Notes under the pieces: model-generated
Seen by the model: the letters and a program-made list of their open reading frames with translations, nothing else
Databases searched by the model: none
Told to the model about the DNA's origin: nothing
Source of the DNA: an uncultured Bacteroidaceae bacterium
GTDB lineage: Bacteria > Bacteroidota > Bacteroidia > Bacteroidales > Bacteroidaceae
DNA length: 64,000 bases
Reading direction: 5' to 3'
Assembly: GCA_944321635.1 (NCBI GenBank)
Contig: CALULY010000003.1
Coordinates: forward strand, 14,399 to 78,398
Translations under genes and position numbers: made by a program
Part shown: one piece after another, positions 30,636-39,763 of the stretch
Position numbering within the stretch: the stretch's first letter is position 1
How the letters are laid out: the number at the start of each line of letters is the position of its first letter

Positions 30636-30692
30636 AGCGCGCAAAAATACACAATAAGTGGCAATGGCGGCGATGGCAATCCAGATTAATGT

Positions 30693-30700
30693 TACATTTG
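30693..30700 (+). promoter_or_regulatory. -7 box TACATTTG upstream of the lipoprotein gene
   Basis: Exact TAnnTTTG match 22 nt upstream of the ATG at 30723. Confidence 0.45.
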
Positions 30701-30722
30701 CGGCAATCAAACACACCCCACA

Positions 30723-31571
30723 ATGAGGACGACAATCATGCTCGCGGTGCTGGCAATGCTCGCCATGGCATCGTGCAACAATCAGGACAAACGCGCCGAG
30801 GCACTCTATGCCGAGGCGGAGACAATGTTTGAGCAAAAAGACTACGAAGCCGCAAAACTCATGATCGACAGCATCAAGACAAGTTGCCCAAAGGCGTTCG
30901 TGACACGCAAGAGGGCAATCGGACTGATGCAACGGGTCGAACTGGCCGAGCAACAGCGTTCCATCGCCTACCTTGACAGCCTCACGCAAGTGTGGCTGGA
31001 GGAATTTGACAAAATCAAAGGCAACTACAAGTACAGGAGGAATCCCGAGTACCAAGACCAAGGCACGTTCATCGTCCCATCGCAAGACCTTGCTGCCAAC
31101 AACAACCGCACCATGCTCGTTGCCAGCACCGACGAGGACGGGGTGATGCGCCTGACATCAGTGCTCATCGGCAAACCCATCGACCACCATGTCATCAAGG
31201 TCACGCTCAAGACAGACGACACATTCGCGCAAACGGGGCGGAGCGACCTCTACTACACCTCCACCCACCTCGGCGTCGTCACCGAGAAAGCCGAGTTTGA
31301 GGTCGGGCGCACGGACGGAGGAGTAGCCGACTTCATCATCATCAACCGAGACAAACAACTCACCATCGAGTGCCAAGGCACAAAAACAGCAAAGCGACAA
31401 CTCACCAAGCAGGAGACAGATGCCGTAGTCTCAGTGCACCAACTCGCCGGAGTGCTGTCAAACCTGCACTCCATCGCACAGCAAAAGGCGGAAGCGGAAA
31501 ACAAAATCAACTTCATCAAGGCACGCATGAGCGAATCATCAGGTGCGGTCAAGGCCTTGGACGGCAAGTGA
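30723..31571 (+). CDS. Hypothetical lipoprotein
   Basis: Lipobox LAMLAMASC. 282 aa. I recognise no domain. Confidence 0.6.
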   Translation: MRTTIMLAVLAMLAMASCNNQDKRAEALYAEAETMFEQKDYEAAKLMIDSIKTSCPKAFVTRKRAIGLMQRVELAEQQRSIAYLDSLTQVWLEEFDKIKGNYKYRRNPEYQDQGTFIVPSQDLAANNNRTMLVASTDEDGVMRLTSVLIGKPIDHHVIKVTLKTDDTFAQTGRSDLYYTSTHLGVVTEKAEFEVGRTDGGVADFIIINRDKQLTIECQGTKTAKRQLTKQETDAVVSVHQLAGVLSNLHSIAQQKAEAENKINFIKARMSESSGAVKALDGK

Positions 31572-31606
31572 CGGGCGACGCACCCGGACACCGCCGCCAT
31601 CTCATC

Positions 31607-31679
31607 CTTTGTAAGTGCGACTTACAAAGATTGTAACTGTGACTTACAAAGGTTGTAACTGCCACTTACAAAGCACCCC
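31607..31679 (+). repeat. F2 repeat array (three palindromic units)
   Basis: CTTTGTAAGTGCGACTTACAAAGA TTGTAACTGTGACTTACAAAGG TTGTAACTGCCACTTACAAAGCACCCC. The first unit is a perfect 9-bp stem. Confidence 0.9.
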
Positions 31680-31729
31680 GTCGCGACATTCATCGGATGA
31701 CCTGGGAGAAAGCCCGGGACACAAAGTCT

Positions 31730-31792
31730 GAAAACATACAATGACTTTATGGAAATCATTGTATGCTACCGCCAAAAACATCGTATGTTTTT
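31730..31792 (-). repeat. F3 repeat array (adjacent to F2)
   Basis: ACATACAATGA...TCATTGTATGC forms a 10-bp inverted pair, followed by AAAACATCGTATGTTTTT. Confidence 0.85.
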
Positions 31793-31885
31793 CCCGAAAA
31801 GGTCAGATGATCCCCGGCACTCCATCAGATGCTTTGCCTGCCACTCCGCACGCTGCCGGGCAAACGAAAGTCCGACACAAGCCAT

Positions 31886-33112
31886 TCATCTGAAGAATGT
31901 GAATTGCGTCCCGTCCACATCGTTGGGATAGAGGCATATCACGCAATCATAATCGCCGCGAGCTATGCGCTGCTCCAAGTCATTCTCACGATAGGACCGC
32001 AAATCCACTATGTCAAGATGCGACAATGACAAGGCGAGATATATCCCAAAAGAGAGCGAGAACGAATCACCGAAGAGCAACACCCGCTTGCCCCCACTCC
32101 CGAGGCGGTCGATGCTGATGAGAGGGTGGTCGCCACCAAGGCATCCGGCATAACGGTTGACATACTTGCCCTTGCCATACAGGAACGTCGTGTCAAACAT
32201 AGCCTCAAAAAAGCCGCCTTGCCTGACCACCGTCGGCATCTTGTAGCTGTAAGCCGACACCTTGAACCGCGCGCCGTCATCGGGCGGCAAAGGGATGGTC
32301 ATCACATCAGCAGACGGGAAGTAGGCTGCCCCGGCACGCAATGCCAGAGAGCCGTAGAAAGGACGCGGGACGACCTCACTGCCCCACCCGCCCGTTTCGT
32401 AGACTGACGTGTCAGCTCCAATGGCCTGAGCAACGACCTTTGCCATGGCGAGGGCGGTCTCCAGCCGCCAATGGTTGTCGGTCACGTAGAACATCCGGGC
32501 ATACTCATCCCCCGCCACGGGCATGGACTGCCTCAAGTCAACGGTCTCGACACCCGCATCGAGCAACTCTGCCACCAGGGTGTCAGAAGCATCGTTGATG
32601 ACATCACGGAGCCCACGAGGCATCGTGCCGCGCATGACTTTGCCCGGGCGGTTGAAATAGATGAACCGTGCCCCGTGCTGCTCGCACACGTCCCGGAGCC
32701 TGGCCACCTCATCCGCCGAGTGCGATGAATGCCCGCCAAGCTCGACAAACGAATACTGCCCGTTGGTCAGGCGCACAATGGTCATGCCCGGCTGTTCGGA
32801 CTCCACGGACTGCCTGCCAAGCAACCTTTGCAGCCCGCCGAAGCATTCGGTGTAGAGGTCTCTTGCGGCGGCATTCTTTGCAAACTGCTCCTCGGCCTCG
32901 GCAATCACCGCGTCAAGCCTCTCGCCGAGCGACAGCTGGTTGGCCGGCATCAGCCCTTTGCCCGCCACCAGTACGCTGAGCGTGTCGGTGCTGGCGGCAT
33001 CAGAGCGGTCATGCACTTTGACGAGCTTGGCTGCGACGTTCCACAAAGTCCCGACGCACATCACCCCCAAGAAAAGCAGGAATGCAAATGTCAAAAACTT
33101 GTCATAGCGCAT
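31886..33112 (-). CDS. DHHW-family / AlgX-AlgJ-like SGNH-type protein (partner of MBOAT acyltransferases)
   Basis: N-terminal membrane anchor, YVTDNHW motif (a DHHW variant). Lies immediately downstream of the MBOAT gene. Confidence 0.7.
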   Translation of the reverse strand: MRYDKFLTFAFLLFLGVMCVGTLWNVAAKLVKVHDRSDAASTDTLSVLVAGKGLMPANQLSLGERLDAVIAEAEEQFAKNAAARDLYTECFGGLQRLLGRQSVESEQPGMTIVRLTNGQYSFVELGGHSSHSADEVARLRDVCEQHGARFIYFNRPGKVMRGTMPRGLRDVINDASDTLVAELLDAGVETVDLRQSMPVAGDEYARMFYVTDNHWRLETALAMAKVVAQAIGADTSVYETGGWGSEVVPRPFYGSLALRAGAAYFPSADVMTIPLPPDDGARFKVSAYSYKMPTVVRQGGFFEAMFDTTFLYGKGKYVNRYAGCLGGDHPLISIDRLGSGGKRVLLFGDSFSLSFGIYLALSLSHLDIVDLRSYRENDLEQRIARGDYDCVICLYPNDVDGTQFTFFR

Positions 33113-33115
33113 CGT

Positions 33116-34511
33116 TCAGAAATTGAAATAAATGAAAGGACTGTACGCGCCCCGCACCACATAGCTCAATGAGACCACCAGCAGCACCGCCAGCAAAAGC
33201 AGTTTGATCCAGTCGCCGTAACGCCATCGCCCGGCAAGTCTGGCGCACCATCGGCCTATCGGAAATGAGAGGAGCGCCCCAGCAAGCAACGCCGTGCCAT
33301 GCTCGTGCAACAGGAACATGGCCAGACCATCATCAGATGCACCGCCCGAGAACATTGCTCCCAGATGCGTGACGGCTTCGCCTATGGTTTCGCTGCGGAA
33401 CAACACAAAACTGCACAGCACCAACGCCATCGTCCATCCCCACCGCAGCAAGCCAGCCCGCCAATGCTCGAAGCGGGTGACTTTCTCAAACAATATGACG
33501 ACAAAAAACATCAGCCCCCAACAGATGAAAGTGTAATTGGCACCATGCCACAATCCGGTCAAAGCCCAGACGGCAAACAGATTGGCCACCGTGCGCCACC
33601 GGCCATGCCTGCTGCCACCAAGCGGGATGTAGATGTAATCCCTGAGCCAAGTGCCAAGAGAGATGTGCCACCTGCGCCAGAATTCGGAAGCCGAGCGCGA
33701 GATGTAGGGATAATCAAAGTTCTTGAGGAAATGGAAACCAAACATTCTCCCAAGGCCTATCGCCATGTCGGAGTAGCCTGAGAAATCAAAGTAGATCTGC
33801 AACATATAAGCCACCGCTCCCAGCCACGCCGCCACAGTTGACAAACGGTCGTCCGGCAAGGCATAAACGGTGTCGGCAACGACGGCGACGTTGTTGGGCG
33901 ACAAGCACTTTCTTGGCGAGTCCCTGCACAAACAATTCTATGCCTGACGAAAAATCCGACAAGGTTGTACGCCTGGAGACAAGTTCCTGCATGACGGTCT
34001 CGTATCGGACTATCGGCCCGGCAATGAGTTGCGGGAACAACGTGACATACAGCCCGACATCCATGACGCTCGGCTGAGCCACGCAACGCTGGCGGTAGAT
34101 GTCAATGACGTAGGAAAGCGACTGGAATGTGAAAAACGATATGCCGACCGGCAAAGCTATGCGCCGTATCTCCCAATGCGTGCCGAGCAACAGGTTGGCG
34201 GAATCGACGGTGAAGTTGAGATACTTGAAGACGAATAGAAGTGCAACGTTGAAAACCACAGCAGCGACAACATATCCCTTGCCACGCTTCCCCTCCGACT
34301 GGCAACGGCCAACGCACAAGCCGAATGCATGATTGACAACAACCGACAACAGCAGGATGATGACAAACAAAGGCTCGCCCCATGCATAAAAGAGCACACT
34401 GGCCAAGAGCAGCACCAAGTTGCGCCAAGCGACTCTCGGCGTCAGCGCATAATAGACTGCAAGCAGCAATGGCAGGAATACGAAAAGGAATACTGGTGAG
34501 GGGAACAGCAT
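33116..34511 (-). pseudogene. MBOAT family O-acyltransferase (AlgI/DltB-like) split by a 1-nt frameshift
   Basis: The N-terminal ORF (34511 down to ~33897) reads ...FVQGLAKKVLVA. The C-terminal ORF continues in another frame as (S)PNNVAVVADTVYAL...FWRRWHISL...GGSRHG. Deleting one C of the CCC run (plus strand GGG, 33896-33898) restores AKKVLVANNVAVVAD. Confidence 0.85.
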
Positions 34512-34646
34512 GACAATTTATCAAACCCGGTGTCTTGGCATTGGTCCGACCAATGCTTCAGGCAAAAGTCAAACGCGGCAGATGTACATATATAAAATGG
34601 AGGTAGCACATTGATGCGCCACCTCCACCCTATGCACTGTCAGTGT

Positions 34647-35615
34647 TTATACATAAGTCTCAAGTATCTTCACATTGCCATCCGGGACAATCGACACCTC
34701 TTGCGTTGTCGCCGCAAGCAGGATAGTCTCCCCGGCATGGACATTGACCTCGTTGCCGTCGTTGTCAACGATCTTTGCCTTCCCCTCCATGCAAATAAGC
34801 ACAACAAAAGAGTCGAGCTCGGAATAGTCGCACGTTATCTCCTCGGTCAAATCATAGACTGAAGTCGTGAAATAGGGGCACGCAACTATCTCGACAGGCT
34901 CATTCTTGACGGGAGTGTAATGAGTGCGGTAGTCGTCCTGTACCTCGTAATCGATGGCATCCTTGGCCAACTCGGTGTGGAGTTCGCGAGTGTTGCCGTT
35001 GGCATCCTTCCTGTTGAAGTCAAAGATGCGATAGGTGATGTCCGACGTCTCTTGTATCTCCGCTATGAACGCACCTGCCCCGATGCTGTGTATGCGGCCG
35101 GCGGGGAGGAAAAAGACATCGCCGGGATGGATCTCGTACTCGCTGAGCAAATCGGTGATTGTCGAGTTGGCGACACTCTCCTTGTATTCCCTTGGAGTCA
35201 CTTGCTTTGCGAAGCCGGAACGGAGCTTTGCCCCTTTGGTAGCGTCCATGACATACCACATCTCGGTTTTGCCGAGGGAGTTGTGGCGTTTCTTTGCCAA
35301 TTCGTCATTGGGATGCACCTGGATTGACAAGTCCTGACGAGCGTCGATGAACTTGATGAGCAACGGGAAAGTCGTGTTGAAACGCTTGAACACACTCTCG
35401 CCCACCAGTTCCTCACGCAATGAGTTGATGAGTTCACGCAATGTCATGCCTGCAAACTCGCCGTTTGCAACGACAGACTCGTTGCCTGGCACGCCGGAGA
35501 GTTCCCAGCTTTCGCCGACATTCTTCAAGTCGCTGTCCAATCCCTTGAACGGGATTATCCTGTCACCGCCCCAAATGGTCTGTTTGAGGATTGGTCTGAA
35601 TTTTAAGGGATACAT
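34647..35615 (-). CDS. manA: Mannose-6-phosphate isomerase, class I
   Basis: MYPLKFRPILKQTIWGG N-terminus, LSIQVHP, EMWYV and AGRIHSIG cupin motifs. Confidence 0.9.
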   Translation of the reverse strand: MYPLKFRPILKQTIWGGDRIIPFKGLDSDLKNVGESWELSGVPGNESVVANGEFAGMTLRELINSLREELVGESVFKRFNTTFPLLIKFIDARQDLSIQVHPNDELAKKRHNSLGKTEMWYVMDATKGAKLRSGFAKQVTPREYKESVANSTITDLLSEYEIHPGDVFFLPAGRIHSIGAGAFIAEIQETSDITYRIFDFNRKDANGNTRELHTELAKDAIDYEVQDDYRTHYTPVKNEPVEIVACPYFTTSVYDLTEEITCDYSELDSFVVLICMEGKAKIVDNDGNEVNVHAGETILLAATTQEVSIVPDGNVKILETYV

Positions 35616-35644
35616 TTTGATTCAATATAAGTTAATTATGTTTT

Positions 35645-36418
35645 CTATTCCCTCTGACCCACCTCGGCTGCAAGTTCGGGGTCGATCATGATGCGTCCGC
35701 AGTATTCGCAGACGATAATCTTTTTCCTCATCCTGATGTCAAGCTGTCTTTGAGGCGGAATCTTGTTAAAACATCCGCCACAAGCACCGCGCTGGACATC
35801 GACAATGCCGAGACCGTTGTGGGAGTTCTTACGGATTTTCTTGAAGGCTTGGAGCAGGCGCGGCTCGATCTTGGCCTCAAGGTCTTTTACTTCGTCACGC
35901 AGCTTTTCTTCTTCCTGCTTGGTCTCTGCGACAATCTCATCCAATTCCGTTTTCTTCACTTCAAGATCTTTACCTCTTTCATCGACAGAGGTCATGCTTT
36001 TCTGCAATTCCTCAGCCTTGGCGGCTTCCTCGGCTGTGAATTCCTTGATTTTCTTTTCGCAAAGTTCAACCTCAAGCGTCTGGTACTCTATCTCTTTGGT
36101 CAAGAAATCAAACTCGCGGCTGTTTTTGACGTTGTTTTGCTGCTCTTGGTACTTTGCTATCTGGGCATTGGCTTCAGCGATTTTGCCTTTTTGGGCGTTT
36201 ATGTTGTCCTTGAGCGAGGCCATGTCAGCTTTAATCTTCTCTATTCTTGTCGTCAGCCCGGCAATTTCATCCTCCAAGTCCTGCACCTCAAGCGGCAATT
36301 CACCGCGCAATGTCTTAATCCGATCTATTGCGGACAGCTTGACTTGCAACTCATAGAGGTGTTTCAACCTTTCTTCAACCGAATAATCGTTGATGTCTTT
36401 CTTTGCTTCTTTTGCCAT
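35645..36418 (-). CDS. Coiled-coil protein with C-terminal C4 zinc ribbon (COG1579-like)
   Basis: Long heptad-rich region followed by CGGC...CEYCGRI. Confidence 0.75.
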   Translation of the reverse strand: MAKEAKKDINDYSVEERLKHLYELQVKLSAIDRIKTLRGELPLEVQDLEDEIAGLTTRIEKIKADMASLKDNINAQKGKIAEANAQIAKYQEQQNNVKNSREFDFLTKEIEYQTLEVELCEKKIKEFTAEEAAKAEELQKSMTSVDERGKDLEVKKTELDEIVAETKQEEEKLRDEVKDLEAKIEPRLLQAFKKIRKNSHNGLGIVDVQRGACGGCFNKIPPQRQLDIRMRKKIIVCEYCGRIMIDPELAAEVGQRE

Positions 36419-36420
36419 TT

Positions 36421-37524
36421 TTATATGTATTGTTTTAAGTTTGATGCACGTTCAGACAACTTCATCCTCAGCGACGGGAAGAGGTCACGCAAATAGTATT
36501 GGAGCAAATGCTGAGTGAACTGTTCACTCTCGTAATGTCCCAGTTCGACAAGGACGATTTTATCCTCGTTTCCACAAAAATCATGGTATTTTATTTCTCC
36601 AGTGATGAACATATCAGCCTTGGCACGCAATGCATCTCCTATCAGGAATGCACCGGCCCCGCCACACAATGCGACCTTGCGCACCACACGTGTCGCATCG
36701 CCTGAATAGGCAAGGGTGTGCACACCAAATATTTCCTTTAGCCGCTGCATGAGTTCCATCGCCCGGAGTGGAGTGAGCAGATGTCCGACCATGCCAGAGC
36801 CGACGTTTATGCCCGAAGGGTCAACGGGATAAATGTCATAAGCGGGCATTTCGTATGGATGCTCAGACAAAAGCGTGGCGATCACTGCAGATTTCAAGTG
36901 CGCCGGGAAGACCATTTCCAAGCGGGTCTCTGGTTCGCGATGCAATTTGTCGATTGCTCCGACATAGGGGTTTGCTCCCGCTTTGGCACGAAACGTACCA
37001 ATCCCCTCGTTAGAAAAAGAGCACGAATCATAATTCCCTATGTTTCCGCAGCCGGTTTCTGACAAGGCAGCGCGCAATGCGTCGGCATTGGCTGTCGGGA
37101 CGAATGTGACGAGCTTCATCAACACACCTTCCATGGGGCGCAGCACTTCCGTCCATTCAAGACCAATCTTTGTCGCTATCGCAGCATTTACACCTCTCGG
37201 GGCATTGTCAAGGCAGGTGTGGGCGGAATATATGGTGATGCCGTTCCTAATTGCTTTCATCACGCAACGGCCCACGTAGGTTGCATCCGTGATCTTCTTA
37301 ACTGGAGAAAATATCAGTGGGTGGTGGGAGACTATGAGGTTAAAGCCTTCGTCTATTGCCTCGTCTATGACCGCTTCGGTCACGTCAAGACAAAATAAAA
37401 CCCCTGCGGTCTCAGCCTTTGTTAGTCCAACTTGAATGCCTGAATTGTCATACGATTCTTGATGGGACAAAGGAGCTAATCTCTCAAGGGCATCAATGAT
37501 GTCACCAATTATCATACTTGTCAT
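36421..37524 (-). CDS. Nif3-like dinuclear metal centre protein (long form with inserted PII-like domain)
   Basis: VSHHPLIF and IYSAHTCLD motifs. 367 aa. Confidence 0.85.
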   Translation of the reverse strand: MTSMIIGDIIDALERLAPLSHQESYDNSGIQVGLTKAETAGVLFCLDVTEAVIDEAIDEGFNLIVSHHPLIFSPVKKITDATYVGRCVMKAIRNGITIYSAHTCLDNAPRGVNAAIATKIGLEWTEVLRPMEGVLMKLVTFVPTANADALRAALSETGCGNIGNYDSCSFSNEGIGTFRAKAGANPYVGAIDKLHREPETRLEMVFPAHLKSAVIATLLSEHPYEMPAYDIYPVDPSGINVGSGMVGHLLTPLRAMELMQRLKEIFGVHTLAYSGDATRVVRKVALCGGAGAFLIGDALRAKADMFITGEIKYHDFCGNEDKIVLVELGHYESEQFTQHLLQYYLRDLFPSLRMKLSERASNLKQYI

Positions 37525-37613
37525 GCGTATGTCGGTGCAAAGATAACGAAAAAAGGAAGTTACTTAAATGGCAAACGTAAAGATTTGCTTTCCGCAACAC
37601 ACTATGAGGCTTA

Positions 37614-38954
37614 TCAGACCGACGGGAGGCTGTTGCCTATTATCTTACGGTAAAGGTCCAGGGCGTAGACATCTGTCATGCCTGATATGTAGTCAAGGAC
37701 AGCCATCACCTTGCCATAAAGCGTTGGGGCGTCTATTTCGTATTGCTCGGACACACGCTTTATGAGCAGCTTCGAATACGCCTTGTCGGGATGAGTAACC
37801 GCCTCGATTAAAAGTTCGAGCAACGTGTATATGACTTTGTAACCTGCCATCTCGACATCCAACACCTGCTTTGCACGGTAGATTCTCGCATAGGCCACCT
37901 TGGTGCATTCCTTGTACGCCATGCATGGCCGGTCAGAGATTGTCTCGATGAGCGGACGTGACAATTCCCCCCTTAGGATTTTGTCCTCGTTGTCAAGGAA
38001 TGAATTGGTGCACTCCACTATCAATTTGCCGATGGTGGCGGAACGCAAATAGGCTATCTTTTCATTCTCATCATCCACGATTTTCAGGTTCTTGACAAGG
38101 GTGTCGAGCCTCTCGCCTTCAAAATAAGCGAGCAGCAGGTCACGGGTCTGTTCAAAAGACAATATCTTCAACTTAAAGGCATCCTCTATGTCCATTATTT
38201 GATAACAGATGTCGTCAGCTGCCTCGACCAGCCACACGAATGGATGCCGCGCATATCTGCACGTCGCCTCGTCTACCTTTATTATGCCAAGGCGCGTGGC
38301 AATCTTCTCATAGTTCTCACGCTCGCTTATGAAGAAACCAAACTTTTTCTTGTCTGTTATGGATGATGACGGATAGGGGTACTTGACTATCGATGCCAAC
38401 GTTGAGTAAGTAAGGGCAAAACCTCCTGGCCTCCTGCCCTTGAAACGGTGTGACAACAGGCGGAAAGCGTTGGCATTGCCCTCAAAGTTCGTTATGTCCG
38501 CCCATTGTGCATCATCCAAATGCTCACGCAGTTCTATCCCCTTGCCTTCTGAAAAGTAGGAAGCGATGGCATTCTCTCCTGAATGCCCGAATGGGGGATT
38601 GCCCATGTCGTGCGCCAAACAAGCCGCAGAGACGATATGTCCTGCCTCAGACAAATAGGATTGAGTGGCAAGCTCAGGGCGTTTGGAGATAAGCGCAAGA
38701 GCTATGTTGTTGCCGAGCGAGCGTCCGACACAAGAGACCTCAAGACTGTGCGTCAGACGATTATGGACGAATATGCTGCCAGGCAGCGGGAAGACCTGCG
38801 TCTTGTTCTGCAAACGACGGAACGGGGAAGAAAATATCAGGCGGTCGTAATCACGCAGGAATTCGGAACGATTGTCCGCCCTCTCCTCATGGAACTCCTC
38901 AAGCCCGAAGCGCACCGGGGAGACCAAGCGCTCCCATATCATTGTCTGCTGCAT
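37614..38954 (-). CDS. dgt: dGTP triphosphohydrolase-like HD-domain protein
   Basis: RLTHSLEV and AHDMGNPPFGH HD motifs. The listed start at 38990 is GTG. The first ATG at 38954 is used here; the ATG at 38942 is also possible. Confidence 0.85.
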   Translation of the reverse strand: MQQTMIWERLVSPVRFGLEEFHEERADNRSEFLRDYDRLIFSSPFRRLQNKTQVFPLPGSIFVHNRLTHSLEVSCVGRSLGNNIALALISKRPELATQSYLSEAGHIVSAACLAHDMGNPPFGHSGENAIASYFSEGKGIELREHLDDAQWADITNFEGNANAFRLLSHRFKGRRPGGFALTYSTLASIVKYPYPSSSITDKKKFGFFISERENYEKIATRLGIIKVDEATCRYARHPFVWLVEAADDICYQIMDIEDAFKLKILSFEQTRDLLLAYFEGERLDTLVKNLKIVDDENEKIAYLRSATIGKLIVECTNSFLDNEDKILRGELSRPLIETISDRPCMAYKECTKVAYARIYRAKQVLDVEMAGYKVIYTLLELLIEAVTHPDKAYSKLLIKRVSEQYEIDAPTLYGKVMAVLDYISGMTDVYALDLYRKIIGNSLPSV

Positions 38955-38979
38955 AAAACTTTTAATCTTTCCTTTAAAA

Positions 38980-39759
38980 TCAAACTGCACTCAACACTTC
39001 TCTCCTGAACTCAGAACAGACGATCGCCGTAGCCATGGCCACATTGAGCGACTCTGGACGCGAGCCCTCCCGATGCAAGAGAGGGATGGATAGCCTCTCA
39101 TTTATGTAGCGCTCGGTTTCATGAGAAATGCCATTTCCCTCATTGCCCATCACGACCACTCCATCGCGAGGCAAATCCACCGCATAGATGTTGTCACCAT
39201 CCATGAATGTCCCAAACACTTTCATTCCTACGGGCAGTGCCGGGAAGAATTCTTTTGCAGGGCAACAATGCACCTTGACCCTGGCAAGCGATCCCATCGT
39301 GGCTTGAACCACCTTTGGATTGTAGACATCGGCACTGCCCTCGGAACAAAACAAATGGGTTATGCCAAACCAATCGGCAACTCTGATGATAGTACCAAGG
39401 TTTCCCGGATCCTGCACGTTGTCAAGGAAAAGGGACAAACCGGACAATCGGCTTAGGCAAACGCCACTATCAGCAGCAGGCTTGCGGAACAGGGCGATGA
39501 CATCCTGCGGATTCTTCAGCAGGCTCGCCTTTCTGACTTCATCATGTGAAGCCTCAACGACCTCGCCACAACGAGCAAGACGTGCCGCATTTGCCGCAAG
39601 CCATCCAGCCTCGGCGACCAACAATTCACAATCAAAGGCTTCGAGCAAGTCAAGGACAGACTTTCCGCCTTCGGCAACAAACAGACCAGCCTCTTCCCTG
39701 CCTTTTTTCGAGTCAAGGGACTTTATGAGTTTGATTTTGCTTTTACTTAGCATCGCCAT
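38980..39759 (-). CDS. TrmH/SpoU family RNA 2'-O-methyltransferase
   Basis: VQDPGNLGTIIR and GNEGNGIS SpoU motifs. 259 aa. Confidence 0.85.
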   Translation of the reverse strand: MAMLSKSKIKLIKSLDSKKGREEAGLFVAEGGKSVLDLLEAFDCELLVAEAGWLAANAARLARCGEVVEASHDEVRKASLLKNPQDVIALFRKPAADSGVCLSRLSGLSLFLDNVQDPGNLGTIIRVADWFGITHLFCSEGSADVYNPKVVQATMGSLARVKVHCCPAKEFFPALPVGMKVFGTFMDGDNIYAVDLPRDGVVVMGNEGNGISHETERYINERLSIPLLHREGSRPESLNVAMATAIVCSEFRREVLSAV

Positions 39760-39763
39760 ATCA

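Noticed and set aside
37614-38954. The dGTPase as a phage-defence (dNTP-depletion) gene.
   Set aside because: It sits in a co-directional housekeeping chain (TrmH, Dgt, Nif3-like, Zn-ribbon, ManA). It has no neighbouring defence, mobile-element or hypervariable genes and has ordinary HD motifs. It is most simply the housekeeping Dgt.
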